From the IMG/VR virus record IMGVR_UViG_3300007539_000009, positions 1 through 64,000 of that record: 64,000 nucleotides of DNA, one strand, 5' to 3'. Positions 26,315 through 35,179 of the stretch are shown piece by piece; the stretch's first letter is position 1, and every line of letters starts with the position of its first letter. Position numbers and translations under genes: made by a program. Source of the DNA: a virus. A model generated the notes under the pieces. That model was not told where the DNA came from. It saw only the letters and a list, made by a program, of their open reading frames with translations, and made no database searches.

Positions 26315-27823
26315 ATGGCAAAGAAACGCGCCTCTAAGAAGGCATCCACACGTAAGTCCCTGAACCCTAAAGAAGCAAGCAAAGCTGCTGCTAGGACTCG
26401 ACGCCGCAGCGGCCGGGGAGCCCGTATCAGTGATGTGCTCGAGGGCAGCGTTAACACCAAGAGCGACAGCTTCCGTGCCACGGCCGTATTCTCTGAGTTC
26501 CGCAAGAACCTGATCTACACGGGTCAGATCGAGTGGGACCTGAACTTGCGGCCGGTGCACGGAACACGTCTTCAGCTGTCAGGTGACCAGCACAAGGGCA
26601 AGTCGCTGTTCGCGTACCGGATGATCGGCGCTGTTCAGCGCACATGCCGGCAGTGCTTCACGCCTATCATCCCGTTCCTCAACGAGGAGACAGGTGAGAT
26701 CGCTGAGACCTGTATGTGCGGCCAGTGCGACCGTGGCCGCGCTGTGCTGTTCGACATCGAGAAGGACTTCGACCCGGCTTGGGCAGCTGTATGGGGCGTG
26801 CTTCTGGGTGGTCGCTTGTCGATGGAAGACGAAGACGACGACTTTGAAGAGGTGGAAGACGGCCTGCGTGTCAGCCCGGACTCAACCTTTGCTATCTGCC
26901 GCGTCAAGACAGCAGAGCAGGCTGGCGAGATCTTGTCTTCGCTGATCCGTCAATCTGCGCTCGACATCGGTGTTATCGATTCAGTGGCCGCGATGCTGCC
27001 TAAGGAGATGCGCGACGGTAAAGCCCAGCCTGCCATGCTTGCTCGGGCCATGGGCCGCGTCATGTCGCAGCTCAACGCTGCTCAAACCGACAGCTGGATC
27101 GAAGAAGGCGTAGACCCGACGCTTCTGTACACCAATCAGCTTCGCACGGATATCAACACACCTAACCCTCGTGCGGACAATCGCGTCGAAGCTGGTGGCA
27201 GGGCAGTCGGGTACTCCAACATGCAAACGTACCGCATCAACACGCGGTACAACGAAGGCATCGACGGAGGCTTCAAGCGTGAGCACATCATCGCTGACAT
27301 GAACGTGACGCTGAAGAAGGACAAAACCGGCGGCGAGACTGGGCGCCAAGGTAGTGCGCGACTGTTCCTGCGCGATCACAAGCAGGGAAAGACGCAGTAC
27401 TACGCTGGCGACACAACAGAGAGCGCAAAGCTCTACGAGGTCATCAAGTACCTTGGTGAAGGCGATTCGACCACCGGCCGCAAGCCCGACCCTCGGTGGT
27501 TTGAAAAGGCGAAAGGCAAGTACTGCATGCTCGGTCGTAGCTTCTCGACTGTGGCAGACATCCACGGGTTCCTAGGCCGGGAGGATGTGCGGTTCATGCT
27601 ACGCCTTCCGATCCTGGCGCAGATGACAACGTCTGCTACTGCGCGTGCGCACTTGTCTGCACGCAACTACATGTACTCACCCTTTCTTCCGGAGACAGAC
27701 GTCATCTGGGAGCTCTTGCATGAAACGAAAGAACGCGTGGGAAAGGTTGACGCACGGGCACAAGTTGCCCGAAGAACAGCAGCCAAAGGCAAAGCCGGGG
27801 ACATCGACCTCGGAGACTTATAG
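26315..27823 (+). CDS. recA: RecA/UvsX-like recombinase with zinc-finger insert and basic N-tail
   Basis: Walker A GDQHKGKS, VLFDIE..FDPAWA, EQAGEI, IDSVAAM, TNQLR, GGRAVGY; insert CRQC..CMCGQC. Confidence 0.85.
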   Translation: MAKKRASKKASTRKSLNPKEASKAAARTRRRSGRGARISDVLEGSVNTKSDSFRATAVFSEFRKNLIYTGQIEWDLNLRPVHGTRLQLSGDQHKGKSLFAYRMIGAVQRTCRQCFTPIIPFLNEETGEIAETCMCGQCDRGRAVLFDIEKDFDPAWAAVWGVLLGGRLSMEDEDDDFEEVEDGLRVSPDSTFAICRVKTAEQAGEILSSLIRQSALDIGVIDSVAAMLPKEMRDGKAQPAMLARAMGRVMSQLNAAQTDSWIEEGVDPTLLYTNQLRTDINTPNPRADNRVEAGGRAVGYSNMQTYRINTRYNEGIDGGFKREHIIADMNVTLKKDKTGGETGRQGSARLFLRDHKQGKTQYYAGDTTESAKLYEVIKYLGEGDSTTGRKPDPRWFEKAKGKYCMLGRSFSTVADIHGFLGREDVRFMLRLPILAQMTTSATARAHLSARNYMYSPFLPETDVIWELLHETKERVGKVDARAQVARRTAAKGKAGDIDLGDL

Positions 27824-28316
27824 CCGCCGCGCGCACAAGAACCGCAAGACGGGTGAGGAGTACGAGAAGTTAGCCGAAGAATACTTCGGCTTGGTTCGTA
27901 CTCGTGGATCCGGCTCTGGGCGTCAGAAAGGTGACGCCTGGAGTCGGACCTGGTTCTTTGAGGCCAAGGCGACCTCCAAGGCGCACATGCGCGTGGAAGC
28001 TCAGTGGTGGCGCAAAGCGATCACACAAGCTGGCTGGATGCGTAAGCCACACGTAGCCCTGGGCATCCGCTTCGGGAAGCGGGAGATCGAAGGTCCTCTC
28101 GGCTTCGTGCTGATAGCAGCAGATATGCTGCCGCAGCTAGGGATCTCATCCATCAACTGGCGACCCGACGAGGTTGGAGTCACTGCTCGCGTGCGGCAGT
28201 TTGAGATAGCGACGTTCGCCGACGGTGTAGGCCACAACATCACGCTTGACCGAATGAAGCTCTCAGCGATCTCCGAACGCACCTTTCGACGAACTGTTTT
28301 GAACGAGATCCAATGA
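27720..28316 (+). CDS. PD-(D/E)xK Holliday junction resolvase-like nuclease (Hjc-type)
   Basis: GEEYEK..GSGSG..KGDA..FEAKAT. Confidence 0.7.
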   Translation: MKRKNAWERLTHGHKLPEEQQPKAKPGTSTSETYSRRAHKNRKTGEEYEKLAEEYFGLVRTRGSGSGRQKGDAWSRTWFFEAKATSKAHMRVEAQWWRKAITQAGWMRKPHVALGIRFGKREIEGPLGFVLIAADMLPQLGISSINWRPDEVGVTARVRQFEIATFADGVGHNITLDRMKLSAISERTFRRTVLNEIQ

Positions 28317-28987
28317 AGTATGTAGCTGTCGCTGACTGCGAAAACATGCTCCCGTCTTCGACGCGGATAGACATGATGTACGCCCAATGCCGGTCCATGG
28401 CGGAAGAGCATGAAACTGCGATCGTGCAGATACTCGACAAGAAGCGCGTGCTGACGCTGCACTTCGATGGGACCAGCTTTACAGAAGGACCCAACCTGTC
28501 GGGCGATACTTACCAGTCAGCTGTTCGCGCCATGAACGCAGCACTTGAGCAGCTGCGTAGTCAGGGGCTTAAGCAGACAGCGGTTGTTCGCGTGATGTAC
28601 GACAACATCATTCGCGATGCGCTGAATGCGGTAGCTTGGGGCCCTAACAACGCCGTGTCCGCACTGCGCGAGCTCGTACAGCAACCGGAGGCGTACTACC
28701 GCGTCATCGTGCTGTGGGCGGCAGATGACAAATCACGGCCTCACTTGGTGTACCGCGACTACCGGCTGTTCTTGGACCCTACGTTTCCGGTGCCGTCAGT
28801 GTCGGAGGCGGAGGTGGACGCCGCCGTTCCGAAGATGATCGCAAAGCTGATACCTAGCTCATTGAAGATCGATCTACACGATCGAGCTATGCACTGGGAC
28901 GGATACAGCGAGGACAAGCGTAAGGTGCGGCCTGCTACTTGGCCGTTCACTGATGCACACGACGCCTTGATACAGAGTGACCGATGA
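28313..28987 (+). CDS. Hypothetical protein
   Basis: 224 aa, ATGA overlaps at both ends. Confidence 0.7.
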   Translation: MKYVAVADCENMLPSSTRIDMMYAQCRSMAEEHETAIVQILDKKRVLTLHFDGTSFTEGPNLSGDTYQSAVRAMNAALEQLRSQGLKQTAVVRVMYDNIIRDALNAVAWGPNNAVSALRELVQQPEAYYRVIVLWAADDKSRPHLVYRDYRLFLDPTFPVPSVSEAEVDAAVPKMIAKLIPSSLKIDLHDRAMHWDGYSEDKRKVRPATWPFTDAHDALIQSDR

Positions 28988-30033
28988 GTTTCATCACAGA
29001 TCTAGCCACTGTTGCTGCCGAGCTCAGCGGTCAGCAATCAGGCATTACCGAGAACAACGAGGTTCTGAAGCGGATTCGCGAGGGCGAGCACAAGGCGGCA
29101 AAACGCCCTGGGCGCGTCTCGAAGCGCTTCAATCCTAGCAAGCTGTTCTTCATGTGCCAGACCAAGGAGGTCTACCGGCGCTTGGAGGGGGTATGGGAGG
29201 ATCTGCCCCGAAGGACCCCTAAGCAGGTCAACGACGAGGTCGCGCTGAGTCAGCTAGGGCTGGCCGGATCTGCGATCCACGACGCGTTCCAGGACCGGGT
29301 GCTGGCTCCTATCTCTGGCCTGCTATGGGGTCTCTGGGTACACCGAGACACCGGCGACGTGGTAGGGCCGTGCTTCAACACAGAGCTTCCAGGGATGCCC
29401 CCGGAGGGCTCAGAGGAGTGGCACCAGGCCCTGGCCGAGAACTGGCGCTACCGTGAGCTGGCTGTCCGCATCGAGTCGCCGCTAGGCGAGAGCTACGCCA
29501 TCAGCGGCCGAATCGACGGTGTCGTCGCTGTGGAGGACCAGTGGGAGGTTCTGGAGATTAAGACCGTCAGTGACGACTACTTGCGCGGCCTGCGCCGCAA
29601 ACCCGGGCCTGAGGCTGGACAACTCCTGCTCGAGCCTGATCCCTTCATGGAGTTGCCCCGAACCAGGGACATCTTTCAGGCCAGGTTGTACGCTTCGATG
29701 TTGACACGAGCCCTAGAAACTGAGTTAGTATCAGGACTTGACGCGACAGCGTGCCGAGGAGTGACGATTCTCTACCTGTCACGTGACAACCCCGATGAGC
29801 GGCGGGCCTTCCACTTTCCTGTGGATACGCACGCGCTCACTCATCAAGAGCAACAGATCCAACTCATTCACCACCTGGTCTCTGACGGGACCCCCGAGCT
29901 TGCCATGAAGCGCTGCAAGAATCGCAGTAGCAGCCCGGCGCTCTTTTGCCCGTTCAAAGATCACTGCTTCCCGAAGAAGACTCGCGGAAAGAAACAACCC
30001 GATATTCAAGATGGCCAAGAAACGCTCGAGTAA
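28984..30033 (+). CDS. Cas4-like / RecB-family PD-(D/E)xK exonuclease
   Basis: PSKL..C, GSAIHD, GRIDG, LEIKT, QARLYA, C-terminal C..CPFKDHC Fe-S-type cysteines. Confidence 0.8.
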   Translation: MSFITDLATVAAELSGQQSGITENNEVLKRIREGEHKAAKRPGRVSKRFNPSKLFFMCQTKEVYRRLEGVWEDLPRRTPKQVNDEVALSQLGLAGSAIHDAFQDRVLAPISGLLWGLWVHRDTGDVVGPCFNTELPGMPPEGSEEWHQALAENWRYRELAVRIESPLGESYAISGRIDGVVAVEDQWEVLEIKTVSDDYLRGLRRKPGPEAGQLLLEPDPFMELPRTRDIFQARLYASMLTRALETELVSGLDATACRGVTILYLSRDNPDERRAFHFPVDTHALTHQEQQIQLIHHLVSDGTPELAMKRCKNRSSSPALFCPFKDHCFPKKTRGKKQPDIQDGQETLE

Positions 30034-31537
30034 GAAGACCGCCTCCCGCACCACTAAGAAGCGTGCATCCAAGAAGGCAACTACCCGCAAGGCCCAGCCC
30101 GGCAGCCTGGACGATGTGAAGTCCGAGGTAGCCCTCCTCAAGGAGGTCGAGTCTGCCGGCCGCGATCTGATCAACACCGATCACGGATCCAAAGGTCTGT
30201 TCGACCCCTCGGTTCGAGACGCCGTCACCCTCGAGAAGCGCGCTCGCGCGGTGAACGAGGAGCAGATGCGTCGAGCTCCCGAGATGGCGTTCATGCTCTA
30301 CGCACTGAACGCCTCGGGACGGGCGGCTGACAAGGGCTACCGGACCTTCGAGGAGTACTGTGAGCTGGAGCTGGAGATCAGCCCGGACAAGGCGAAGGCA
30401 CTCGCCCGATCGTGGGAGATCTTCGAGTTCCTGGGGCTGGATGCGAACATCACCATCCTCAACCGGATCAACTGGAACAAGCTCACAATGCTGCGGCCGC
30501 TCCTGCGGCACGAACTGCTGACAGCGGATAACGTGCACAAATGGCTGCCGTATCTTGAGAAGGGTGGTCAGCACTCGCTGCTGGGTAAGGACCTGAAGAA
30601 CCGGGTCAACCGCGCGCTCGACGACGCCGGCATCACGAAGGCGGATATCAAAGAAGCGCAGGAGATGCACCCGAAGAACATCAAGCTGCAGATACCTACT
30701 GCCCGGCTTGATGAGTTCGAGAAGTACATGCATGTCCTGGGCAAGCTCGATCCCAAGGGCTCAGCCGCGATCGGTACGACGCTGCTTAACTCGCTGGCAA
30801 CCACGATCATGACGATGCAGACAGACGACATTGACGGCGTCTCTCAGCAGACCCTGAGCGTGCTGCAGGCGAAGAACCTGATCGAGCAGGTAGTACCGGG
30901 AGCCCATATGGTGCTGGTAGCTCCGCAGGACGACGAGGGCGAGTACGACTACTCGAACCTGGGCGTGGTGCCTGCGCACCGCGCATTCCTTACCACGGAG
31001 AAGAAGCCGCGCCTGGTCATTGCTGTGGACGCGGAGGAGGCGTGTGAGGAGCTCGGCGTCGAAGAGGTCGTCGAAATCCCCTTGTCCCTCTCCAGCACGT
31101 ACACCGCGCAGCTGCGCGCAGCCACCCCGGCTGACGTGGAGGATGAAGACGAGGCCGAGGAGGCCGAGGAAGAAGTGACCGACATCGACGAGCTTCTGGA
31201 CTCAGTCGATGACGATGACGAGGAGGAGCCCGAAGAAGAGGAGGAGAGTGAGTCGGATGACGAAGAGGAAGGGATCGTCAACGACCGCGTCGAGGCAGGG
31301 CGGATCTCAGGAGATGATCGCCAAGCGGTGGTGAAAGGTATCATCGCGAAGTTCGTGGAGGCTGGATTCGACAAGAGCGAGTTCCAGCACCAAGTCGTCC
31401 AACGAAAGCAAGAATTGGTCGCCCAATACGCTGGAGAAGATGACGAGCGGTTCCTGATCTTCCAGGACCTGCTGAACTACCTGTACGACGAAGCTGATGC
31501 CGCAGGCATCGAACTGAACGAAGTGGTGCCCGCCTAA
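30011..31537 (+). CDS. Probably abundant protein with basic N-tail, DUF3102-like helical core and long acidic region
   Basis: MAKKRSSKKTASRTTKKRASKK; GYRTFEEYCELELEIS..A; Glu/Asp runs; strong codon bias. Confidence 0.8.
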   Translation: MAKKRSSKKTASRTTKKRASKKATTRKAQPGSLDDVKSEVALLKEVESAGRDLINTDHGSKGLFDPSVRDAVTLEKRARAVNEEQMRRAPEMAFMLYALNASGRAADKGYRTFEEYCELELEISPDKAKALARSWEIFEFLGLDANITILNRINWNKLTMLRPLLRHELLTADNVHKWLPYLEKGGQHSLLGKDLKNRVNRALDDAGITKADIKEAQEMHPKNIKLQIPTARLDEFEKYMHVLGKLDPKGSAAIGTTLLNSLATTIMTMQTDDIDGVSQQTLSVLQAKNLIEQVVPGAHMVLVAPQDDEGEYDYSNLGVVPAHRAFLTTEKKPRLVIAVDAEEACEELGVEEVVEIPLSLSSTYTAQLRAATPADVEDEDEAEEAEEEVTDIDELLDSVDDDDEEEPEEEEESESDDEEEGIVNDRVEAGRISGDDRQAVVKGIIAKFVEAGFDKSEFQHQVVQRKQELVAQYAGEDDERFLIFQDLLNYLYDEADAAGIELNEVVPA

Positions 31538-31556
31538 TCGGGCTTCTGTTGCTGTT

Positions 31557-31592
31557 GAGGGGGCCCCGGCTTCGGCCGGGGTCTCCTCTTTT
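31557..31592 (+). terminator. Intrinsic terminator with UUCG loop
   Basis: gagggggccccggc ttcg gccggggtctcctc followed by tttt. Confidence 0.8.
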
Positions 31593-31598
31593 ACAACC

Positions 31599-32003
31599 AT
31601 GAGCGACGAGATTACCAAGTTCTGGACCTTCGCGCCTGAGACCATCACGATCAGCGCGACCAACCCTATTGGGGCCGCCACAGTCACCGGCAGTTTCTAC
31701 TACATCGAGATCACGCCTCCAGGTCCCAGAGGGGGAGACCCGGACATGACGGTGCAGAATCCCCTAGGGACCAACCTAAACCTGACGATCCCTGCATCCT
31801 TCTTCGGTAGCAAGCTGGTCAAGGATATAAGTGGGCAGGACGTGATGAACAGGTTGCAGCAACTGTTCGGGGCAACTCCCTACCAGCACGTGCCGCCGGC
31901 ACCCAAGGATGTCGACCGTGTGCTCCACCACGTGCCCCCGAGCAAGCGTAGCGCGCTTTTGGACAAGCTCTATCCGAACCGGAGCAAGCCATCGAGCGAA
32001 TAG
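31599..32003 (+). CDS. Hypothetical protein
   Basis: 134-aa ORF after the terminator. Confidence 0.65.
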   Translation: MSDEITKFWTFAPETITISATNPIGAATVTGSFYYIEITPPGPRGGDPDMTVQNPLGTNLNLTIPASFFGSKLVKDISGQDVMNRLQQLFGATPYQHVPPAPKDVDRVLHHVPPSKRSALLDKLYPNRSKPSSE

Positions 32004-32521
32004 TCGGCATCGACTGTGGCTCCGTGAAAGCCGGCGTTGGGGTCCTAGCTCCGGACCCTGACGTCGGATTTTGGCTGTCTTACGCAGAGCGGTTCGACAT
32101 GAAAGCCGGGCTTGTGTTCGAGGATCGTTTGGTATCGTTCGCTAAGCAGCTCGAGAGCTTCCTAGAAGAAGCGAACCCGACTCATGCGTTCATTGAGGAC
32201 GTCTGGTTCAATCCAGGAGTCCCTAACCTGCGGTCTATGACTCAGGTCGCAAAGGTGGTAGGCGTGGCCTCAGCCATCACCCGAAGACGGGACATCCCGG
32301 TTGTTCTGCTGAATGTCAAATCAGTTCGCCATATTCTAGGGGTGAAGGCTAATCGTGGCGATGTAGCCAAAAAGATAGTACGGAAGCAGATCAATAGGCG
32401 CTTTGAGGAGGACCTGGCGTTGCTGGGCTACCCCAAGGGGCTGCTGACTGCGCATCAGGACGTGGCCGATGCAATAGCCGTTGCGTGGGCCGGTACTAAA
32501 TGGAAAAGTACGGAGCAGTGA
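31991..32521 (+). CDS. ruvC: RuvC-like Holliday junction resolvase with apparent non-canonical ATC start
   Basis: IVGIDCG (upstream of listed GTG 32024), AFIEDVWF, DVADAIAVA; GGAG 6 nt before ATC 31991. Confidence 0.8.
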   Translation: MERIVGIDCGSVKAGVGVLAPDPDVGFWLSYAERFDMKAGLVFEDRLVSFAKQLESFLEEANPTHAFIEDVWFNPGVPNLRSMTQVAKVVGVASAITRRRDIPVVLLNVKSVRHILGVKANRGDVAKKIVRKQINRRFEEDLALLGYPKGLLTAHQDVADAIAVAWAGTKWKSTEQ

Positions 32522-32563
32522 TCTGTCCCCAGCACGGGGATATCGGTCACGACCTTGGATACG

Positions 32564-33067
32564 ATGGCTTCTCCCAGGACACCGAAACGTCAGTCTCACG
32601 GTGCCCCCGATGTGGCCGAGTTCTGCTCGCTGCTGGGGGTGGGGATGGATCGGTACACGCACAAGGGGACGCGGACCTGGATCGTCTTAACCGCGCACCT
32701 CAAAGCTCAGCTGGATGAGCTCTGCGACCTGTCTCAGCGCAGCCCTTCTCGGCCGCTGATGTATATGGTCGGTTGGAGCATCCAGAACGGCCTGCTGGAC
32801 GGGCTGCTGCCGGACGAAGGTATCTTCGACCCAGAGAACAAGCCCTACCTGATCCGAGACATCTGGGTCCCTGCTCGCTGGCTAGGCCGCGTTGCGGATA
32901 TTGCGTTTGAGGCTGAGGTGTACCGAGACAGCCCAAACCACCTGATGGGCTTGTGCTTCCACTACGCGATCGCCCGGAAGCCGCTGGAAGAGTGGGGGAA
33001 GTTCTTCCGGGACGAGGAGGATCTAATCGAGCGGCTACATACCGCAATGCTGGCGCGCATCAAATGA
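32564..33067 (+). CDS. Putative tandem ribbon-helix-helix DNA-binding protein
   Basis: TWIVLTAHLKAQLDELC.. and RDIWVPARWLGRVADIA.. show beta-helix-helix patterns. Confidence 0.5.
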   Translation: MASPRTPKRQSHGAPDVAEFCSLLGVGMDRYTHKGTRTWIVLTAHLKAQLDELCDLSQRSPSRPLMYMVGWSIQNGLLDGLLPDEGIFDPENKPYLIRDIWVPARWLGRVADIAFEAEVYRDSPNHLMGLCFHYAIARKPLEEWGKFFRDEEDLIERLHTAMLARIK

Positions 33068-33489
33068 CTGATACAGACTTCACTACCGGCGACGTCGACA
33101 AGCTCAAGGCAGCTATCGACTCCGCAAACAAGCTCGAGAACCTCGGCGACCTCGCAGGGCAGAGCGCCTTCGAGATCGATTGGGAAGAGCTCAACCTCAA
33201 TAGGGGCCGGTACGTGATGACTGGTCGCTCGGCGGTAGTCCCTACGTACGGCGGTCTGACTAAGATCGTGTTTCATATCACTCGGGGCTCGATCAACGAC
33301 CTTGAGAAGATTGCAGAGGCCCTGGCGTTAGCAACCCAGGGCCTTGACATTACCGGCACGTTTGCGGAAGCCGGGCAATCACCAGTGATACGAGGTCAGT
33401 GGGACTTCGTTCTCTTCCAGGTTCCTGCCGTGAACGCTCACAACGTTCACTCTTACTTGCGAGACGCTGCACTGCGTGCCCTGACGTGA
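33064..33489 (+). CDS. Hypothetical protein
   Basis: ATGA overlap, MTDTDF...; 141 aa. Confidence 0.65.
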   Translation: MTDTDFTTGDVDKLKAAIDSANKLENLGDLAGQSAFEIDWEELNLNRGRYVMTGRSAVVPTYGGLTKIVFHITRGSINDLEKIAEALALATQGLDITGTFAEAGQSPVIRGQWDFVLFQVPAVNAHNVHSYLRDAALRALT

Positions 33490-34337
33490 ACGAATACCAC
33501 GAACGCTATCTACAAGGTCTAACCGCTAAGTATCCCGTACTTGATCGTGAATACGAGCGGCAGCTGCTGCTTCGTGTCGATCTGCACGGAGACCCTGTGG
33601 CTCGAGAGCTGCTGTTCAAGCACAACGTGCGGCTCATCATCAACTGCGTTCAGAAGTTCTGCCACGTCAACGACCCACGCTTCCAGGACTTGTTCCAAGC
33701 TGGGTCAATGAGCATCTTCACCGCCATCGACCGCTTCGATACGTCACGAATGCGAGACGACGGCAAGCCGATCAAGTTCTCCACCTTCGCCGTGTGGTGG
33801 ATCATGGCTGGTGTTCGATCGGAGCTACAGAAGCTGCAGATCAAGACGCCGCCTAGTTTCCAGAAGCTGCGTGCCGACTTCCAGAAAGCAGCGAGAGAGC
33901 TTCGCAAAGAGCTCAAGTACACACCGAACGAAGACGAGGTGTTCGCCCGGCTGGAGTGGAGTGAGATCGACAGGGCACTGTACGAGATCAGCTGTGATCG
34001 ACAGATCGTTTCCCTATCCAACATCACCGCATCTGGTAGCTCTGACTCTGTAGGATCAGACGACCTAGTAGATGGCAAAGACACTGAATCGCTAGCTATC
34101 GAAGCGCTTCAGCAAGAGGACCTCGCGGCTGCAATAGCGCAAGCACTTGAAGGTCTCGAACCGATAGAGGCTGATATCGTTCGCCGGCACAACGGCCTTG
34201 GCGGTGAGGAGCCGCAGAGCTGCGAGCAGATATCACACGTGTACCTGATGACGCGTGAGCAAGTCCGTGACATACACGCAGGCGCCCTTGCGCAGCTTTG
34301 GGTGCTCCTAGAAGAGCTCAAAACGCAGGTCGAATAG
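33486..34337 (+). CDS. Sigma70-family RNA polymerase sigma factor
   Basis: Region 1.2 PVLDREYE, region 2 HNVRLI..DLFQAG..AIDRFD..KFSTFAVWWI, region 4 IVRRHNGL..EQIS..TREQVRDI..AL. Confidence 0.88.
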   Translation: MNEYHERYLQGLTAKYPVLDREYERQLLLRVDLHGDPVARELLFKHNVRLIINCVQKFCHVNDPRFQDLFQAGSMSIFTAIDRFDTSRMRDDGKPIKFSTFAVWWIMAGVRSELQKLQIKTPPSFQKLRADFQKAARELRKELKYTPNEDEVFARLEWSEIDRALYEISCDRQIVSLSNITASGSSDSVGSDDLVDGKDTESLAIEALQQEDLAAAIAQALEGLEPIEADIVRRHNGLGGEEPQSCEQISHVYLMTREQVRDIHAGALAQLWVLLEELKTQVE

Positions 34338-34365
34338 GGCCGCAAAACAGGCCCAAACACTGCCA

Positions 34366-34452
34366 AAAATGACGTGTTTTCTGCCAGAAGTCTATTGAGG
34401 GAACGTGTACCAACGTGGTGCACGCCCTCTTTCGTAGACCTCCAGCAGAGGA
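34366..34452 (+). promoter_or_regulatory. Putative promoter plus structured leader (copy 1 of the 57-bp repeat, 34396-34452)
   Basis: AAAATG-N17-AGTCTATTGAGGGAA as at 8264; hairpin gaggg..cgtgtacca/tggtgcacg..ccctc; SD gagga. Confidence 0.65.
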
Positions 34453-34459
34453 CAAAGCA

Positions 34460-34927
34460 GTGAACAACTTCAGCGACGACTTCAGCGGCTCCTTCAGCGA
34501 CAAGCCCAACGCCTCGACCAACGAGGCGAATCGCCGTCGGCGCCAGGAGAAGCGCGAGGCCGAGAAGGCCGCGCGCGCGGAGGCCAGGGACGAGGAGGCG
34601 CAGGACATTCTGCGCAAGATCGGGAGCGCAGCCGAGGGGAGCACAGATCCGCTCATGAAGCGCCTGCCGACGCTCGTCGAACAGGGCATCGCCCTGGTCA
34701 AGCACGAGTACAAGCGCTACACGCGCCTGTCTGTGCTGATGTGGGCGGGCGTCGCCATGGCCTTCGCCGGCCTGCTGGCGAACGGCGTGGGGACGTTCTT
34801 CGTCGCCAACCTGGAAAGCGGATCGGACATGTACCGGTCCGCGTTCCTCCTCACGTGGCTCTCCGGAGCCGTGGCCTTCGCCGGTCTGATGACCGGCGCC
34901 ATCTGCGGAATCATCCGCCGGCGGTGA
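34460..34927 (+). CDS. Membrane protein with charged N-terminus and two C-terminal TM helices
   Basis: GTG after SD; LSVLMWAGVAMAFAGLL.. and FLLTWLSGAVAFAGLMTGAICGII. Confidence 0.75.
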   Translation: MNNFSDDFSGSFSDKPNASTNEANRRRRQEKREAEKAARAEARDEEAQDILRKIGSAAEGSTDPLMKRLPTLVEQGIALVKHEYKRYTRLSVLMWAGVAMAFAGLLANGVGTFFVANLESGSDMYRSAFLLTWLSGAVAFAGLMTGAICGIIRRR

Positions 34928-34934
34928 CAAGTAT

Positions 34935-35039
34935 TCCTGACATCAGTTGCCCCTAGTAGGGTGTCAGGATCGATCGGTACTACTGGGGGCGGATCAGCTT
35001 CCTGCACGACTCGGGTACACCGAGCTCAAGTCGTGTAGG
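34935..35039 (+). other. Two long intergenic hairpins (possible structured RNA)
   Basis: tcctgacatc/ggtgtcagga 10 bp (34935-34969); cctgcacgact/agtcgtgtagg 11 bp (35001-35039). Confidence 0.45.
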
Positions 35040-35122
35040 CGTACGGGTTCCACGAACGGGCCTGCGAGCCAGCCGCGAATTGTCCTGCGGGCCGAGCATC
35101 TCGAGGACGGCATCTGTCTTGC

Positions 35123-35179
35123 TGAGGGAATGTGTACCAATGTGGTGCACGCCCTCTTTCGTAGACTTCCAGCAGAGGA
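35123..35179 (+). repeat. Copy 2 of the 57-bp direct repeat (structured leader plus SD)
   Basis: 54/57 identical to 34396-34452. Confidence 0.9.

Noticed and set aside
32500-32718. Small CPQH..CPRC zinc-finger ORF
   Set aside because: It mostly overlaps the better-supported 32564..33067 gene in another frame, so it is probably a shadow; not fully excluded.
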